Shown piece by piece: positions 60,213-64,000 of a DNA stretch of 64,000 nt. The DNA is taken from positions 1,177,365 through 1,241,364 of the forward strand of contig CBDFJY010000002.1 in NCBI GenBank assembly GCA_965248705.1. Direction: 5' to 3'. The number at the start of each line of letters is the position of its first letter. Within the stretch, counting starts at the first letter, position 1. Below the pieces are notes generated by a model. The model was given only the letters and a program-made list of their open reading frames with translations, made no database searches and was not told the origin of the DNA. The DNA is from Acidimicrobiia bacterium (GTDB lineage: Bacteria > Actinomycetota > Acidimicrobiia > Spongiisociales > ZC4RG35). The position numbers and the translations under genes are program-made.

Positions 60213-62339
60213 TTGAGCCAATCCCCCGTGGATAGCCTAAAAAGGAGCTCGAAGGTGGTGATGGGGGCGGTGTTGGGGCTGATTGTTTCTGTTGCTGGAG
60301 CGTCTTATGTGATGGCGTCGGATCATGATTGGGGATCGGGTAGGACGTTTTCTGAGTGCAATTCGGCGGGTCTTACCAATTACGGTCCTAAGACAGGTCA
60401 GAAGTGGATCAATGGTGTCCATAGGAATCTGTATCACTGCACGGCGCCTAGTACTACCGATCGGCAGCCTGATTGGGGGTCGGGTAGGACGTTTTCTGAG
60501 TGCGGGTGGGCGGGTCTTACCAATTACGGTCCTAAGACAGGTCAGAAGTGGCTCGATGGTGTCTATAGGAATCTGTATCACTGCACGGCGCCTAGTACCG
60601 ATCCGCAGCCTGATTGGGGGTCGGGTAGGACGTTTTCTGAGTGCGGGTCGGCGGGTCTAACGAATTACGGTCCTAGGACAGGTCAGAAGTGGATAGGGAA
60701 CTTCTACGCCGATCTGTATCACTGCCAAGCGCCTGTAGTCAGGACTTCCCCGGGGCCTGCCGGAGCTGGCGCCTTGCGTCCGGACAACTATTCCAGCCCT
60801 GGTATCCGTGTTACCGAGCTATCTGTGCATGGTCGGCCTGCGATGGCCCATATTTTCCAACCGCGTTCTGACCTTCCGGCTTGGAACGCAGCTCTTCCAT
60901 TAGATTGGGCTGCGGATCCGTTCGAGGATCGCAATTGGCAATTTCATCTCCATTCCTGGCGGAACATGGACTACTGGCTATATGCCTACCAGGATGGTGA
61001 TGCGGCGGTCCTTCAAGGCGCTGTGGCAATAGCTCTCGACTGGGGGCGGTTCCACTTCGACGAGAACCACAAGAGTGCATTCCAATGGTATGACATGGCT
61101 ACGGGGATTCGGGCGTCCCGCCTCGCTTTTCTGCTCGACAAGGCCTTCACCGGCGAATTGCATGTTGATGACACCGACCTCACAGCTCTCATGCGCTTGG
61201 CGGAGCTTCACGTCCAAAAGCTTCTGCAACCATGGTTTCTCTCATCCGGCAATCATGGTCTCTTTCAGCTCGTAGGGCTCAATGCGCTGTGCGAAGTTAT
61301 TAGTTGGCGAAGCGTTTGCAAGGTTGCCCGATCCTATGCCAGCCAGTCCTTCGCCAAGCTGGTGAAAGAATGGTTCACGGTCGAGGGCGTCCATCGTGAG
61401 AACTCGCCTGCCTATCAGGGGTTCATTTTGGCTGCTCTCCGGAGGCTTCGCGTTGCCGAGCGAATTCAGCAACCCGAAGTGCGTACCATTGTTGAGACCG
61501 CGACCACCGTGGCGCCCTGGCTCACCTATCCCAACGGAAGATGGGTTCCAGTTGGAGACAGCGCTGGGAGCGGACCACGACTCTCCGAACCGGTCGAGCC
61601 ATCCTGTCTTGATGGAAATAAAGGTTGTTGGGCGGTTCGAGACCTCACTAGATCAGGGTATGGGATCATTCGTTCTCTGCCTGAGGCTGGCGATGAGTCC
61701 AGCCTTTTGTTCATAAGCGCGATGGGAAGGTTGACAGGGCATAAGCACGCCGATGATCTCGGGTTCGTGCTGATGGAGGGGGGCCGTGAAATCTTTGTCG
61801 ACAGTGGTAAGTACGGTTATAACTCCGACCGGATGCGGCGTTATGTCACCAGCGCTCGGGCTCACAACGTTCCGAGTCTCCTAGGCCGGCCTATCGGACC
61901 TGAGGAACTCGATCCCGACGAAACGCACCTGCAACCCATCAGAACGACCGACTCTGGTTTTGTTGTGGAGGGATTCGCCGATCGCCCCAAACTGTTTCGC
62001 CACGAGAGAGTCTTTTCCTACATGCCCGGATCTTCTCTTACTATCAGGGACCGTTTCTACAACAGAACGAGTTCTCGCTGGCAGTCCAACCTTCATCTGG
62101 CTCCCGACCTCGATCCGGTGATCACCACCTCGGGTTTCGTTGTTCAGGTTGGTGAATTCTTGGTGCAAGCGGACTTCGAGGGAGATGGGTGTGATATAGA
62201 CATGGCGCGTGGTGAGACCGCGCCCTATCAGGGCTGGGTTTCCATCGGGTATTTGGAGATGACACCCGCCACCGTTGTGAGAGCGTCCTGTCCGGCCGAT
62301 CTGGTCGAAACTTCGTGGCGCATCACGTTTCAGCGGTAG
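60213..62339 (+). CDS. Secreted heparinase II/III-family protein with three N-terminal repeats
   Basis: Signal-like N-terminus; NHGLFQ, HRENSPAY, GHKHAD, VDSGKYGY, ARAHN. Confidence 0.82.
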   Translation: MSQSPVDSLKRSSKVVMGAVLGLIVSVAGASYVMASDHDWGSGRTFSECNSAGLTNYGPKTGQKWINGVHRNLYHCTAPSTTDRQPDWGSGRTFSECGWAGLTNYGPKTGQKWLDGVYRNLYHCTAPSTDPQPDWGSGRTFSECGSAGLTNYGPRTGQKWIGNFYADLYHCQAPVVRTSPGPAGAGALRPDNYSSPGIRVTELSVHGRPAMAHIFQPRSDLPAWNAALPLDWAADPFEDRNWQFHLHSWRNMDYWLYAYQDGDAAVLQGAVAIALDWGRFHFDENHKSAFQWYDMATGIRASRLAFLLDKAFTGELHVDDTDLTALMRLAELHVQKLLQPWFLSSGNHGLFQLVGLNALCEVISWRSVCKVARSYASQSFAKLVKEWFTVEGVHRENSPAYQGFILAALRRLRVAERIQQPEVRTIVETATTVAPWLTYPNGRWVPVGDSAGSGPRLSEPVEPSCLDGNKGCWAVRDLTRSGYGIIRSLPEAGDESSLLFISAMGRLTGHKHADDLGFVLMEGGREIFVDSGKYGYNSDRMRRYVTSARAHNVPSLLGRPIGPEELDPDETHLQPIRTTDSGFVVEGFADRPKLFRHERVFSYMPGSSLTIRDRFYNRTSSRWQSNLHLAPDLDPVITTSGFVVQVGEFLVQADFEGDGCDIDMARGETAPYQGWVSIGYLEMTPATVVRASCPADLVETSWRITFQR
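60327..60734 (+). repeat. Three coding tandem repeats (periods 144 and 141 bp)
   Basis: Units start at 60327, 60471 and 60612: DWGSGRTFSECxxAGLTNYGPxTGQKW...LYHCxAP. Confidence 0.95.
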
Positions 62340-62361
62340 GTGGTGCGGCGGCGATTTACGA

Positions 62362-63792
62362 TCAGCGTATCGGGGCTACCCGAAAAACAGCGTCGGCGGT
62401 CGTCACATACATCTCTCCCTGGGTGTCCGTCCCGAAGGAGAGCACCCGCTTCTGAGCTTCTACCTGTTCGGTCCAGTCTTGAAGATCTACAGCCAGTGAT
62501 CCGTTCCAGCGGAAGCTGCGGAGAAAACCGCCGCACGCGTCGGAGTAGAAATAGTGCCCGCTGAGCTCGGGAATCGCTTGCCCTCTGTACACGATCCCGC
62601 CTATAACAGCGCAGACCTCGGGACTGTGGGGAAGGGCCAGGGCGGGTGGAGTGAAGCCACTGGTATCGCATGTTTCCGGGTTCTCCTTGCAGGCCGTACC
62701 TTCGTTGAAAGGACCCCATTGGTGTCCTTCCAGAACCGACCATCCGAAGTTGGCGCCGGGTGTGTCGAGCGAAGTTATATCGATCTCTTCGAAGGAAGCA
62801 GCTCCGACATCGCCTATGAAGATCAGATTTGTCATCGGGTCTATCCAAAACCGCCAAGGGTTGCGAATCCCGTAAAGGTATACCTCCGGAGCATCGGGGC
62901 TCAAGGGAGGATGGTCGGTCGGGATGCTGTAGGGGTCTCCTCCGTCAACATCGATGCGGAGGATCGAGCCAAAAAAGGCAGTGGGGTCCTGTCCGTTGTA
63001 GTTGAGTCCGTCGTCCCCGACCCCGATGTACAAATAGCCGTCGGGGCCGAATGACATCATTCCCCCCTTGTGGAAATCACTTCGAGTCGGGATTTTCAAT
63101 ATGGTTTTGGCGCTGGAGGGGATCGCCCTCCTCAACGTGTCATCAAGCCGGTATTCAGCGACAATGATGTCAAATTCGAGATCGGTGTAGTAAAGGAACA
63201 TTCGCTGCGGATCCATGGGGTGGAGGGCTATACCCAGCATTCCTGTTTCCGATCCGATCGCAATGGAGTCTCTCAAATCCAGCACCGGCGGGTTGGAGAA
63301 GGTGTCTTCCTCCACTAACCAAACTCTTCCCTCGCGGGTGATCATGTAGTTGTAATGACCACCGGGGCGCCCCACAATTTGTAGAGGCATGGCGAATTCG
63401 TCACCCAAGATCGTGCGGACATCGGTGAAGACAGGTTCGTAGCGCAGACCGCGCAACGGTGACAGATTGGTGGTGGTCGCCGAGGTCTGGGAGGTGATCG
63501 TCCCGGGATTTGTGGCGGGTGTTGGAAGGGAATCGGTGGTTGGCTGTGGCGTGGCACCGGTGGGTGTGGTTGGAGCTGTGCAATGATACAGATCAGCGTA
63601 GAAGTCCCCGATCCACTTCTGACCGGTGCGAAGACCATAATCAGTCAAACCCTGATCCCCGCACTCATCAAACGTCATGCCCGATCCCCAATCGGTGGTG
63701 GATGTCGAAGAAACTGTGTCCTCACCTCCCCCGCAGGCGGCTGCAAGGAGGACCAAAGCAATCCAAATCGTTACGCAAGGTCGACTGGTCAT
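62362..63792 (-). CDS. PQQ-dependent sugar dehydrogenase (GSDH beta-propeller) lipoprotein
   Basis: LAAAC lipobox; GMLGIALHP, FGPDGYLYIGVGD, GIRNPWR, SFGTD. Confidence 0.88.
   Translation of the reverse strand: MTSRPCVTIWIALVLLAAACGGGEDTVSSTSTTDWGSGMTFDECGDQGLTDYGLRTGQKWIGDFYADLYHCTAPTTPTGATPQPTTDSLPTPATNPGTITSQTSATTTNLSPLRGLRYEPVFTDVRTILGDEFAMPLQIVGRPGGHYNYMITREGRVWLVEEDTFSNPPVLDLRDSIAIGSETGMLGIALHPMDPQRMFLYYTDLEFDIIVAEYRLDDTLRRAIPSSAKTILKIPTRSDFHKGGMMSFGPDGYLYIGVGDDGLNYNGQDPTAFFGSILRIDVDGGDPYSIPTDHPPLSPDAPEVYLYGIRNPWRFWIDPMTNLIFIGDVGAASFEEIDITSLDTPGANFGWSVLEGHQWGPFNEGTACKENPETCDTSGFTPPALALPHSPEVCAVIGGIVYRGQAIPELSGHYFYSDACGGFLRSFRWNGSLAVDLQDWTEQVEAQKRVLSFGTDTQGEMYVTTADAVFRVAPIR
63571..63693 (-). 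repeat. Fourth copy of the DWGSG...LYHC module, inside the PQQ dehydrogenase
   Basis: DWGSGMTFDECGDQGLTDYGLRTGQKWIGDFYADLYHCTAP. Confidence 0.92.
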
Positions 63793-63802
63793 CGGTGTCC
63801 CC

Positions 63803-64000
63803 TCAGCTATTGGCCAGCGCCAAGGATAGTTCGGCGCCCACCTTGGCATTGTGCTCGATGAGTGCGGTGTTGGCGGCCAGAGAGGCCCCGTGGGTGTGTT
63901 CGAAGATAGCTTGCAGCAGGAATGGTGTGGCGTCCTTGCCGGCGATGCCCCGTCGCTCCAACTCGGCCAGAGCGTATCTCACGGCTTCCCGGGTGATTTG
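63803..64000 (-). CDS. psuG: Pseudouridine-5'-phosphate glycosidase C-terminus (cut by window edge)
   Basis: Manual translation: GIAGKDATPFLL...HTHGASLAANTALIEHNAKVGAELS. Confidence 0.85.
   Translation of the reverse strand, partial: QITREAVRYALAELERRGIAGKDATPFLLQAIFEHTHGASLAANTALIEHNAKVGAELSLALANS

Noticed and set aside
59990-60235. Short Thr-rich ORF or acidic reading before the heparinase gene
   Set aside because: Low complexity from ACGACC/ACT triplets, no recognisable motif, and a stop in the alternative frame.
60327-60734. DGR template/variable repeats or a CRISPR array
   Set aside because: Differences are not limited to adenines, no reverse transcriptase or cas gene is visible, and the units are in-frame coding repeats without unique spacers.

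Overview
High-GC bacterial chromosomal window. Gene content and order (hom-thrC-rho-rpmE-DUF1385-prfA-prmC-tsaC, Ku, PPOX family, Tat lipoproteins with TTAAPA linkers) suggest Actinomycetota, probably Acidimicrobiia; this is inference, not a database result. Contents: a housekeeping block, a Zur-type metal ABC locus with a Fur box, a split selenocysteine formate dehydrogenase (in-frame TGA plus SECIS) with a NuoEF fusion and fhs, divergent from a nuoH-N-only operon, a peptide-type ABC system with catabolic enzymes, DrrAB, and a GcvT-MttB-GcvT methylated-amine cluster. Most notable: (i) an unrecognised ~41-aa two-Cys module present three times in a secreted heparinase II/III-like protein and once in the convergent PQQ dehydrogenase lipoprotein; (ii) a 93-bp duplication of the tsaC 3' end bounding a decayed islet next to a mini GIY-YIG gene; (iii) several disrupted genes. 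No rRNA, tRNA, CRISPR array, reverse transcriptase or intact integrase was recognised.
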